DNA from: Raillietiella orientalis
Lineage: Eukaryota
Assembly (NCBI GenBank): GCA_036172245.1
Contig: JAYWIR010000003.1
Span: 2,046,001 to 2,110,000, forward strand
DNA: 64,000 bases
Direction of reading: 5' to 3'
This document shows, one piece after another, positions 52,330-64,000 of the stretch (its first letter is position 1; each line of letters opens with the position of its first letter). Under the pieces are notes generated by a model. It was not told where the DNA came from, ran no database searches, and saw only the letters and a program-made list of their open reading frames with translations. The position numbers and the translations under genes are program-made.

Positions 52330-54180
52330 AAATGCAAGTTCGCTGTTCACCGCTCGCGGCAGGAGCAGTGGTAACAGCAGCAAAAGCGAGAAAGGAACGG
52401 CACACGAAAGTGGCGATTCGTGTTCGTTTCGAAATGGCGCTTCTGGAGAGATCCATCGCCGACCCGTGCGCGAAGGAGAAACCGAACTTCGGGATGAATG
52501 ATGTGAGTAAGAAAGAATGTAAGAATTCGTAGCGATGGCAAAACAAGGCAAATGGGACAAGCGATCGCTCTTCGGGCAGGCAAAAGCAGAAACCACGATC
52601 GACTAAGAAACATGGGTGAGCGCGAAAATGTGCCTGATGGCGATTCGAGTAGGCTCGTGAAGTTTCTTTATCGCTTCGTGGGTAGGGATCCAACGTTCGA
52701 TTCAAGAGTACGATGAATGTTACGATTCGGTTCTTCCCATGTTAGCAGCCCTTTTGTTCTCTTGTGGAAAACAACACGAAAGCGTAGGTTGCAAACAGAT
52801 ACAGAAAGAGACTCTTCCAGCAGCTCGTTCCATCGAATGCGGGTGCGCGTACCTGTCTTCTTTCGACCAAGAGATGCACCGAATCGGAGGGATCGCTTTG
52901 AAGAAAGAAGGCTGTATGCTTATTGCGAATGGCAGCTCTTTTTCGTCAGTGAATGCAGGAATCCAGAATCCCGGGATGCTAATCATCTCTTATATCCCTC
53001 ATTCTTCTTCCAATCTCCTTCCGATGCTTCTCTCCATGACCACTCCATTCGTAACTGAAGGTGCCACCCAATCGATTAGATCTTCCACGATCGCATTTCC
53101 GACTGGAGAGCTCGCTGTAGGCAGTGGCAGCCCTGATTGTGCCGCCATTCCGCTGTTCGCCGAGCCCGTCGTGTGTGTCAGCTGCCCGCGGTAAGCCTTG
53201 GAGAGTTTGCTCGGTGAAAGCTTTGTGGGTGGCGCAGGAAATGTGGAAGTTGAACGAAAAGCTGAACGAGTTTGGGGGCGTGCCAACTGGGTCGTCGATC
53301 GGGTCACTTGGTACGCCATGTGCTTGAAGGAAGCCGCCGCCATTTCGGCTGCTTTGCGAGCGCGTACGCAAGCGCCCCATGTTTGAAGTGAGGTTCGGTG
53401 GAGTGGGAGCGAAGCGACTGCATGTGACTTGGTGTATGAGCAGGGATCTTCCGAGAAACCGAAACGTTTCTGTATGCGTGTTGTAGCCACGTGCAAGGAT
53501 GGGTACGATGAAACGCTTGGTTGGCTTTTCAAGTACGGAACTCGGACACGGTACGCGCGAGGTAGGTTCCCTTAAACGCCTTGAGGAAGTTGGACTTTTG
53601 ATTTCCTCCTAGTTGAAGGTGCTGTGATCACCTGGCAACACATTCCATTTCACTAATGGCCAGGTGTCTGCCCGGACCATTGGGAAAGCAGGATTCTCGA
53701 TGAAGGTGCATTGTGCCCAAAAGTCATCCTTGAATCCTCATCCAAGCAGAGTTAGTTGTTTTGGTTTCTGCTCTTGATCTTTTTGAAAAGGTACGTTTGG
53801 ACGGGACATCATCTGCTTGCTGAGCTTGTTATTTGACGCGTGAACGCACTTCAGGAGTGCTGTGCAGATCCATCCATTCATTGCTGTTGGGCACGTATTG
53901 CATCCTAGGAATGGCAGAGAATTGTGTGCCGAATACACCGCGATGGTGAGACGGCTGGCCGGTTTCCATGCGACGTGCAAGTTCCATGCCTTCTTTGATG
54001 GTTGCCACCAAACAGCGACCCAGTGCATGCCCTGTCGGAGGCCTGGGGTGGGATGTGGAGGGAAAGGCAGCTGCAATGCAGCTGCATTTTTTTTCCCTTC
54101 TCCTAGCAGCCAAGTTGTAATCTTGTTTGGTGAGCTCGATTTTGCTCGTTCTCCATATTGCGGATGTTCAGAGACTTGTG
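52330..54180 (+). other. Candidate multi-exon transcript of unknown product in the right arm
   Basis: Chain of GT-AG segments matching this genome's intron size: 52503-52547 (45), 52616-52652 (37), 52914-52958 (45), 53191-53237 (47), 53562-53612 (51), 53619-53663 (45), 53706-53749 (44). Splicing opens TCKDGYDETLGWLFKYGTRTRYAR-VE-GVCPDHWESRILDE-ELVVLVSALDLFEK. Confidence 0.4.
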
Positions 54181-57042
54181 AGGTGAAATAAAAAAAGAAT
54201 GCACAGCGTCAGAGGTGACTGGAAGCCAGCCTGATTGGAGGCGCTGCTCACCGATCCTTTTTCTGTGTTGCCAAGCCAAGAGACAGGTGCAAGAGAGGTG
54301 GTTCTTGTTGCACTGCTGTGATTTGGCCATGAGAGGTGGTGCATTAGCTGCAACTTGCACTTGTTTGCTTGCCTGCAATTCATTTGGTGCTCAGGGATGC
54401 AATACCGGTTGCAGTGTGCAGGGCTGATTGCAAATCCAGAATGATGAGGAAGTGTTTGGTGGCTGTGCATGGCATGCAGCCGGTGTGGAAAGCGGTTTGG
54501 TGGAGTCTGGCTGTGGAAATCAGCCTTTGTCTTCTGGGATGTCAACGTTCCATTTTAGAAATGGTTGCATCGTGTTTTGTCTGGCAAGCAAGGGCAAAAA
54601 TGAAAGCTTGGTGAATAATAATCATGAGGATGTTTTCTGTGCACCCAACACGGTTGGTCTGCCGTTGTGCTTTCCGGATCAGCATTGCGGGAGATATTGT
54701 TTGCATGTATCGTTGAAGCTGTGCCTGGTTTTGCAAAACTGAAATGCCACTTGAAGTTCCCTTCCTGAAGTGCATTTCTGCAAGTGTAAAATCTAACGTA
54801 AATCTTGCAAACTGTGAGCGTTTGACGTGCGGCAGAGAGAGTGGTGAAGAGAGAGCCTGCGTTGAGTGCAAAGGAAATTGTAAGCATGAGTTTAGTTTAA
54901 CGACCACCCACAATAATTTGCAAAGTGTGCCGAGGTAGGGGGTTTTTGTTTTTCAACCTGGGATGGTTGAACAAACGGCAACTGATGAAGAACTTGGGAG
55001 AGGAGGGGAGAATCCCAAGGTGGGTTCGCATGGCTTGTTTGCATTCCAGGCTCATGCGATGGGAGGGTTGTCCAGGAAGCTTTGAGCAGTATGGAAAGGG
55101 AGCCTGCTCTCAGGGAGAAAGCGTTTAGGTGGCTCGAACCAGCACAGTGTTTGGTGTTGCATTGGGTGGGCATGGTAGGTTCAAGCAGTTTCGGAGGCTT
55201 TTGCTGCTGATGCATGCCAGCGGGCCGATTGGGAGCATGGTGATCTGTCGATGGAGCATGCAGTTTGCGCGCCCAGCATGCTGTCTTCCTGTCAGGTGGT
55301 ATTCCGTTGAGCTTTTGAATTTCTCATCAGGCTGCATCCATCAGTCAAATGGCATTGGATGGTTTCAGGTTGATTCTGATCTTAACTGACCCTTGACTGG
55401 GGCGTTTGGTCGCAGAGGAATGGCATCTGTGGGTTGGACGTTGCATTCCCAAAGGGATGCTTTCTGCAAAAGTGCTGTGGATCCTGAAGGTTCCCCTGGA
55501 AAGTTCCGAGCATCATTGATTCGGTCGAAATGTGTATTGGGAGGCCTTTGGGAACCCAGGCTTTTTCCACGGTGCGTCCAGGCTGAGGGAAGCATAAATT
55601 GGGAGCTTGATTTCCACGCCACGCAGCTTTCGGCATTGTGCGGGTAGTGAAATTCGTAGCCCATTCGGGAGGGAGGGAGGGAGGTAGTTGCCCCATGGAA
55701 GAGTAGCATCTGCAGAAAATCATCAGGGGCCGGAGAGGAAGTCTGGTGGAAAAGGAGGGGGTTGCCTGCATGGCTGTCGCTCTTTATGGCGCATCCACGT
55801 TTTGGTGGGGGAGGCAATGTGGAGTTGGTGGTGCTCTCGTGCTTGGATGGTAACCTCGTGGCTTTGCGCGTCGGTCCGTACGGTGTTCGTACTCGTTGGC
55901 AAGCGCGAGGCGCGTGGAGAGGTAGGTGTACGTGCGTTCCCTTGCGTGGAAGGTGCGTGCGAGTAGTCCATGCTTCCAACGAGCTGCCGGGATGTTTCCT
56001 TTTCCTGAAGCCGCGAATGGATTTGAACTTTGACAGGGTGGCGCTGAAGGTGCCGCAGGAGCGCCTTTGAATTTTGGTTCTTCGGCCTGCGTGCGGTCGT
56101 GGGTGTCGTGAGCTTTCGTTCGGACTTTGGTTGGAAAGTTCCGCGGAAGAGGCGCAATCGGAGCGGAGGCCCCCTAAGAAGGGATGCGGTTGGAGGGAGG
56201 ATGGAACGGGAGACCACACATCGAAACCGGGTTCTTTCTGCCACGTTCCCGCGAGAGGTGCGTTTGTCGTTGGTTCGAGGTGCGTGGCGTTTCCAAGCAT
56301 GGTGGCCAGCGTGCCTTCGCTTTGCATGTTGTAGGGAAGCATTCGCGTCGCCCGTTTGCTCGCGGGTATCCGTAGCGACTCGAGAAGCGCGTGTTCGTGG
56401 AATCTTCGCCGTCGTGAGAGGCGACAACGCACGAACGGGACAGTCTTCGCTTGACCTGCTCGAACGTTCCAGGCAGGCTGGAAGAGATGCTCTCTGCTGC
56501 AGGGGTCGTTTTTGAAACCCAAGGCGCGCGGCAGGTTCGTCGAGGAGGTGCGACCGACGTCTGCGGTGCGTTCGGCCCCCTTAGCGCATCGTGCATGGAG
56601 AGAGCATCGTGCATCCCTGCGCGGAGCGGCCTGCCTGGAGCAGCTTTTCTCCCTCGCTGCAAGAGTCCATTTCGTGTGGCGTCCATTATCCGCTCGAGCC
56701 CTCCGGGAGCGCCTCCCCAAACCGTAGCAGCCACGTTCCTTGCGTCCACTTTGAGGGTGCGCGTTCTCGTAAGGTGAAAGCGTTGAGGAACTGGGCTGGG
56801 CTCGAGCGAGGCGAACGGAAGGTGCTCCCCGGGGCAAGGTGCCCGACGGAAGCGAACGCGGGAACGCATTTCAGGCGAGGGTGGGATCGCGGTTTGGAAG
56901 CAGCGAGCACGCCTCCACCTTGGAACCAATCGGTAGGGAGATCTCACCACGTCCAGGAGGGAGAAAGAAGCAGGTTTGGTGCGCGGTCTCGGCGCTCGGT
57001 TGCGTTCAGAGATTGCCGGAATGTCGCCGCTGATGGGGCGCG

Positions 57043-58099
57043 GAACGCGTGCGCCCTCGATTCGAAGTCGCCTTCGGACGAGGCTCCTCTCGCTCTTGCC
57101 TCCCGGAGGCGGAAGGAGCGACGCACGGGTCGATGTGGTGCGGGCAGCGCGTCGGAAAGCGCCCTCGAACGGGTGGCAGCGGCGGCGCCCCCCACGTCGG
57201 GATTCGCTAATTTCTCCGCCCGCGAGCATGCCGACGGAACCTCGCGAGGTTCCGTTGCCAGGGACGACGACGATCACGGAGCGCGGAGGCGCGCTGGGGA
57301 GCGGGCTCGCGTTCGGCCCACGCGAGCCAGCATCCAATCGTCGTTTGGCGGCGGCAGCCATGATGCTCGTGCGGGAGGGCGTTGGGAGGGAAGCGGCGTT
57401 GCATTCGGCAGATGGGTGAAAGCAGGAGCCAACGGGTCGTTCGCTTCGTCGACGCTCCGCATTTTTAATGAGCGGGCGTCTCTCGGGGGCTGCGGGCCAA
57501 TGGGAGCCCGTCGCGCTCTCGCCCGCGGTCCAGGGTTGCCTCGGGTCGAAGCGCGGTTTCCTCTCGGAGGTGCCGGGAAATGCCTCGGAAAGCGCGCGTG
57601 CGCGCAGCGGGCTGGGGAGAGTGCGGAACGGCAGGTGGCGGGCAGCTGCAAGTGCGTGGTGCGTTGGGAGGTGTGGAAGGGAGAGGGGAAGGGGAGGGGG
57701 CTTTGGCGGGCAGTGCATGCGGTGGCGGACAACTGAAGGCCGCAGGGAATGCAGACTGCGGGCGGATTCTTCGCGGTGGGAGACCGCGCTGCGGTAAACG
57801 CAAGGTGGTGGTGGTGGTGGCTGCGGTGGTCGGGCTCGTTTGCCCCGTTGTGTTGGTACTCCTGGCGATCTCTCGTTCCTGTCGGCCGCGCCCTCGAGAT
57901 GCTAAGGAGCAGCAAAAATAAACCGTCAGGAAAAAAGGGTACACGGTAGCTCCCTTTGCGTGTGCTTCGGGATGGAAAACTCTTTTGCGAGTAGCGGACG
58001 CGGAAGGGAATATGGGTGTTCCGTTTTTCGACACAAGCCCCGTTGCCTGAGGCCATCGCAAAGTGCTGCGTCTTGTTTCGCGGGAAGATGGTGGAGGCG
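57043..58099 (-). repeat. GC-rich module copy D (extends about 420 bp beyond the palindrome end)
   Basis: Same orientation as copy B; similarity continues to ...cgcgggaag..tggaggcg at 58099. Confidence 0.92.
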
Positions 58100-61000
58100 C
58101 ACAGTAGCAAAAAGCTTTCTGATTCCACGGTCATCCTTTGGTGTGTGTGAGGGTTCTTTGTCACATTGATGCTGAGGCGACAGGACCTTGCAGGACGCCC
58201 TACTAGCGTGTTCTTTCAACTGAGTAAAGGATTGGCCATGTTGAGCAATTTGGTTTCTATTTCAGAGGGAATTCGATGAAGTGTATTGCTGAAGTATGGC
58301 TTTTCCCGGAAAGCTGTTGCTAGGGCGTTCGTCTCCCGCATTTGCGTTTTTGCTCTTCCGCAAGGTTGGAATATTTCTCGTGCGACGAGTATTGACGTTG
58401 GACTTGGTGTGGTTCCTGTTGAGCAGGTTTGGCGCTAGTGAAGCGGGTGGCGCATGACTGTTTTCTCGAATAAGTGTGAAGGTGATGTAGGGCTCTTGTC
58501 TTCCTGCAAGAGACGTTATTGTGGCTATCTGACCGACTGTGGCAGGAGCAAGTAACGCTCCTTTAAGGAATGAGAAGAGGAAATGTCTTCGTCATGAGTA
58601 GGCAGCACCGTCGTTGCCTGTTCTACGGTGTACCTGCTGAATTACCTTCCGGACTCGATAGCGGTTCCATCCTTGCAATCCCGTTTTGCCTCATCCGTGC
58701 AACTGTAGGAGGTCGCTTGCTTTTTGCATTGCTTTTCCCGTGGCTGAAAGCGAGCAGCTTGAAGGGAAAGACCACGAGTGAGCTCGTGACACATTCTGCA
58801 GCAGGCAAGCGGTGAGAAGGTGTGCTGGAGGTCCCAGTCGTTTCAGGAGCAGAATCTGCAACACGGAGGCGATTCCCCTTGCCGTTTGCTGTGCTTGCTC
58901 TGACCGAAAAGCGTCTGGAAGGGTTAGCTGCATCGAAATGGTGCCCACTTGAAAGTCCCTAGCTACATCTGCACAGCGTAGCAGCACAAGGACAAGCAAG
59001 AGTCCCTCTGGCTGTTTTGTCCGGAGCCCTCGAGCTTTTTTAGAAAAGAACAGCGCACTCAAAAGGACCTTGGATTGCATGGAAAACCAATCACTGCCTC
59101 TCCTACAGTTGAAGACTTTTGCTGCGCCTTTTTACCAAGGGTAGTAAAGACTGCAGATTTTGAAGACCAAAGTGAGCTTGAAAATCTCTGAAGCATTTCC
59201 TGTGGGCATTGCTGAGCTGGGGTCAGTTGTGAACAGTTTCTATGTATGAAACTGAGTCACATGGGGGGCTTGCGAAAAACCAGCTCAGGCAAGCATAAAC
59301 TTTTTGCACACTTAGAACACAGGTACTCATGAAAGGAGGCAAAACCTGTCCTATGGTTTGTAATAGGCAATAGAAGTAGGAACCTTGTGCCTGTAAACAT
59401 CTCCTGGTTGAACGCTGATGTATTTCAAAGAAAGGCCTTTTATTCCAAGGTGAGGAGCATGCAACTTAACCCAGCGTCTATGAAAAACTTCCCTTAAAGC
59501 AGAATGCTGAAAGGCAACAGAAACACAGGTCTTCCTCGAGTTCTCAGTTCAACAGAAACACAGGCAAATGAACTCAAAGTAACAGTACTATGAAAACCCT
59601 TACAGAACACAGTTCGTTACATGCTTTCATGAGAAACTGAAAGCAAAACACTTCAGCTGGTGCGCAAAGATGAGATGCATGCATTATGGTAAGAAAGAGA
59701 AAGAATAGAAAGTTGCATGCTCACATGACAGCATTCCCTTCTTTGTGGAACGAGCAACCACAGAAATGCATTTCACACTAATTCAGCCAAACACATTTGA
59801 TCATCAGATTTTCTCATGATTCCTTTGAGGAAGTGTGGCTGAAATATCAACTCATGTTGGTCTGGAAGCAGAGGTTTGTTGCCTGTGCTTGAAAAATGCA
59901 GCAAGCACTTCTCATGGTGTGTGCAGACTTGTTTTCTGCACTGCTGAATAAATGTAGACGGTAATATTCTGTTGGCAGGTGGGGTAGTGGGGATGTCTTA
60001 TGATGAGGACCAAGGAGTTCTTGTGGTACTTGCAAGATGAAAGACATCTGCAGACCTCAATGGTGTAAAATGAGATCAAGACCATGAGTCTGTCTAGTTA
60101 TTGCTTGCTGCCAACGGATCTACTCACATTGAAATCCATTCTGATTGTTTGCCTACTTGCACATGCATAAACAGTCATGCACTAGCAATACATTGCTGAT
60201 TGTCCAATTTTGATTAAGTGCAGGGTAAGAAAAGCTGAGTGGGGCAAAAGATGGCACAACTCACATCCCCACCACCTTTGTGTCTAACTCTCCCTCCAAC
60301 AAACATGAAAGGGAGAGAGCAAAAAAGGAAAATGGCTTGCTAATGCTGCCTGCAGACCAATGGAACGCAAGGTATGCAACATGACATCTACCTCTTCCCA
60401 GCATCACTTACATATTGACCCGTATTGCTTTTGGCAAGCAGTTGTAAATAGAAATTTGCAAAAAAGCGGCCAAAGCATACAGTGGGACTCCGATGGATGT
60501 ATCTGACCCAATTGTAAAAACGGTTTCCTCTACTTGCAACCTACTGTTCACAAACATTTGAAGCTTTGGAATCTTTTTGGTACCACCCTTGGATGCATCC
60601 TTCTCATGCACCAAAACGTTATCCGCAGTGCTTCTAAAACAACAGACGGAGATTCGGGGCATGCCATATTTTACCCAACATTTGCATCTACGTTTTCTTG
60701 GATGGATGGTAACTGATGGCAAAAGGCAAGCGGGTCATGAACCTCCACCACGTTACACTGACTGGTAATGGAAATGCAAAAATAAAAAGGATTTCTATCC
60801 GCCCTACGATTTATTTCGAACATACAGGCAGTACCCCTACCGTTCACTTGAAAGAAGCACATTTATGATCCGTTCTCAAGAACTGATGGCACAAAAAGAA
60901 AAATCCACAGCAAGTGATGGCGATTATTTTGACAAAAAGAAATTACTTCCAGGAACGGAAAACACCACCATTTGACACACCACGGCATAGTGAATAAGCG

Positions 61001-64000
61001 AAGCTTTGCAGCAAAACTTGGCCAACTTACAATGGCGCACGAACGGGCAAGGACGCCACTGCAAACGCTCAGCGATCAGGATTCATGATTGCCAAGTGCA
61101 AAGATTGAATGTATTTTCATCGATGCTTGCCATGCAAGCTTGCATGTGGCAGAGCAATACAAAAATGACACCAATCAGCTTCAGATAAAATATCAAGAGA
61201 AAATATCACATTAGAACAAACAGAAATCGAACGTGGAACACCTGCTTTGCAAATGACAGAAAGGTGAAGGAAGTTTCCGTGAGCCTTGAGAAAATTATGC
61301 TCTTTGATGTAAACACGTGAGACGAATCAAAAGCCGACAACGTAGGAGTACTTTGCTTTGTAATTCCGTCCTAACCAATGCTGATTTCCATTATTCCGGA
61401 ATATTTTCAGTGAGTTGCAAATCCAGCGTCATCCTAATCTTGTACTTGACGGGAAGGAAGAGTCCGTTCGCTTTAATAAGAAAATATTTTACTTTGCTTC
61501 ACCCATAGTTGCTCACGGAAGGTTTGGAATCTTTTCGGTTTCCTGCCCCCTCAATTTGTCTGTTTACCATATCAGGATCGCATCCTTTCCTAAAGAATCA
61601 CGCTTCTGATTAATAATATCTGTTCTTCTCGAAGCTTTGAGTGCAATGTGGATTCTAGTCAGAATTCTACCTGCGAGGATAAGATGAAGAATTTAAAGAT
61701 TCCATATTCGTGAATGCCAAACTTATCCGAGGTCGAAAGCAGAAAACCGCAGGGGAAGGAAGCTGAAAAGAAAACCATGACTTGCAAAGTTCGAGCATAC
61801 CCTTGAGGGCTCCACCAATAGACGGTCGCCACTCTGAGGATGCAAAGCTTCTATGGGCATGAGGAGATCTCAATAACCGATAGTTATCAAATGGCAGTTT
61901 CATGTGACTGGACGATTTTTTATTCTGCTCTAAGTATATGGCAATTTGAATATGCTGATAGTTTTCGTGGTAGACCGAATGGATAGAGATGTGCGACATC
62001 ATCAAATCAATGCTGAGTGCCAGAAACTTTCGAGGCAGCAGCCAGAGGTGACAGGAGACCTTGCCTGTTGATTCTGCTCTTGTTCTTTGCCGAAGGTAAC
62101 GGAACTGATGGAGTTTGAAATTTTTTTTTTTTTACATGTGGGGCACTTGAGTTGTATGTGTAAGATACCATGCAACAAAGTTAAAATCCGTTGCAGCATC
62201 CACAGAACCCAGAGGAATCTCTGGGGTTTGTGCACACCATCCGAATGCTTCGCAAAAGTGAAGTGAGAAAGGGGGTGGAAAAACGTACGCGGTAAAGGTG
62301 CGAGTTCTGACAAGACCCCGAGGGGATGAGGAAAGAACAGACAATAGTTCTACCTCCAAGAGTCAACTGGGAAACAGTGCATGCCTATCGAAAAACAGCG
62401 GATTCCGCGACGATGCAGACTTAGCCATGATCATCGTGACGCTGCTGGGATTCTTCAGTCGTGCACTGCGTGGAGTCAAGGATGACTGCAGAGAGCCATT
62501 ATCAAGGTCTCCATGGCGTTTAAGGTGGTACAGAACTGCAGGTCCAGTTCTTGAAGCAAAAGGGAATCTCTTTTGTCCTGGGATACGTGCTGGAATTCTT
62601 TTTAATTTTATTTCCGAACCGAAAGGGCATTGTTTCTGCTTCTGATCCACAGAGAGTTGTCGCAACGGCACTGCAATCCGGCCACACGTTAAAACGCGAA
62701 ACGCGTGCAGTGTGCTGCCTTACACTCCGAGGTCATTCCCAGGAGTTGCGAAGCTTGCGATAGCCACCGAATCTGTCTGGAAGTCCGCGGTTTTGTTGCA
62801 AAGCATATTTTGCGACATTGCCATTTTACAATTGGATTGTCTTCGGTTCGGAAGAACGAGGCTGCTGCCTTTTTTCCATTTTCGCCGCATCAGTCGACTT
62901 CAGATCGGGCAACAGCACTCTCTGGATTCAAGCATCTGCATCCGTGGAAGAACTCTTTGATGATGACGCTGTCCATGCGGCTTCGTCGGTTCAGAGCATC
63001 ATTCGCAAGACTGCTTTGCAAAGGTGGAATTTTGACTGAGCAGTTTTGCGCTGCCCGATGCTGGCTGCATGCTGTCTGGAGAGCAAGAGATTCCGTCTTT
63101 TCAGCTGCATCGTAGGAACGTAATTCTTTCTTGGAAGGATGACAACGTTTTGTAGGGGACCATTCGGCCAATGGTTTCAGAGGCAAGGAAGCAAGGACAT
63201 CGAGAGAACTCTCTCCCGTCAAAGAGAAATTGTGGGATTTATAGGGAGAAGTTCACTCCGATAGACGGCGTCAGTAAACAATGGATGGACTACACCCTTC
63301 TAATAAGCGTGGAAAGCTCCTCAGAGACACACGCACACGTGAAACAACGGAAGGAGCGGACTTGAATACAAAGTCCTGAAGGAGAAGATTCACAAATGCG
63401 GGAATTTAAGACCGGAGCTTGCCCACGAGGGAGAGCGTGAGCGTTCGAGCAGGGAAAAGCGGACCGTCTGGGGATGCGCGCTACAGCGAGCGCGCTGGAG
63501 TTCGGAGCAAACGATCTCTACCCTCCTCCGCTTCGAATGTTGCTGACATCTCTTTCTCGAAACCCACTCCCGCATCAGTGATGCGGTTGCTCGTTAGATG
63601 TCAGGAGCTGCCTGCGCATCGCCGGTGGCGTTCGCCAGCGACCGTGGTGGAACGCTGCTGTCCGAAGAGAACGTTGATCTCCCCCCTCTTCTCCAAGGTG
63701 CAAGAAGCCACGTTGCGGGTGTACACTCAAGTTTCACTTTTGTTTGATTTCGTGCTCCCGTTCCTGCCGACACCTCCCTCCGCCGGCGAAGATGCAATCC
63801 ATCATCAATCGTGAATAACGATGCCTGTTCACGATAGCACGCTTTTCGCCACATCCATTTGTTAGTCGCCACATCTTCCCTTCGATCAGCTGCAGAGGAT
63901 AGCATTTCTCTCGAGCAACCGGCTCGGACAGCTGAATGATGGCGGCAGTCCGAAGAAGAGGCTGCCAGTCGCGCGCACCCGCGAACCTGCCAAAAAACCC

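Larger units (their letters stand above)
49983..57680. repeat. Right arm (7698 bp) of a large palindrome
   Basis: Reverse complement of 41258-48955; the unique spacer is 48956-49982. Confidence 0.97.

Noticed and set aside
41258..58099. Interpretation as rDNA spacer, DIRS or Polinton element
   Set aside because: No rRNA, reverse transcriptase, tyrosine recombinase, polymerase or integrase motifs recognised, and the repeat tips are the least conserved part.
62300..63250. Possible decayed transposase or integrase fragments (e.g. IRWLSQ)
   Set aside because: Motifs are too short and interrupted to assign.

Overview
Eukaryotic DNA, probably from an arthropod-like invertebrate (inferred from the 4-Ig/2-FN3 Ihog architecture). 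The first 40 kb holds compact housekeeping genes with very short introns (mostly 37-46 nt): DNAJC8 (3'-truncated), SIRT2, UBXN1, MOCS3, ADCK1, ihog/boi and an intronless NSA2. It also holds an unidentified coiled-coil gene and decayed transposons (a restriction-like-endonuclease LINE fragment, an R1-like LINE, a fold-back mariner derivative and a possible Gypsy remnant). Two same-strand gene pairs (SIRT2>UBXN1, ADCK1>MOCS3) are only 88 and 132 bp apart. Each gap has a poly(A) signal followed by a splice acceptor just before the next ATG, an operon/trans-splicing-like layout. Bases 41258-57680 form a 16.4-kb near-perfect palindrome (two 7698-bp arms, 1027-bp spacer). Each arm is itself bracketed by inverted copies of a GC-rich module of about 1 kb (4 copies in all) and appears to carry a micro-intron/micro-exon transcript reading outward from the centre. 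Perfect 14-20 bp hairpins also recur, so inverted duplication is seen at several scales. All gene calls come from manual splicing and motif recognition; no database search was run.
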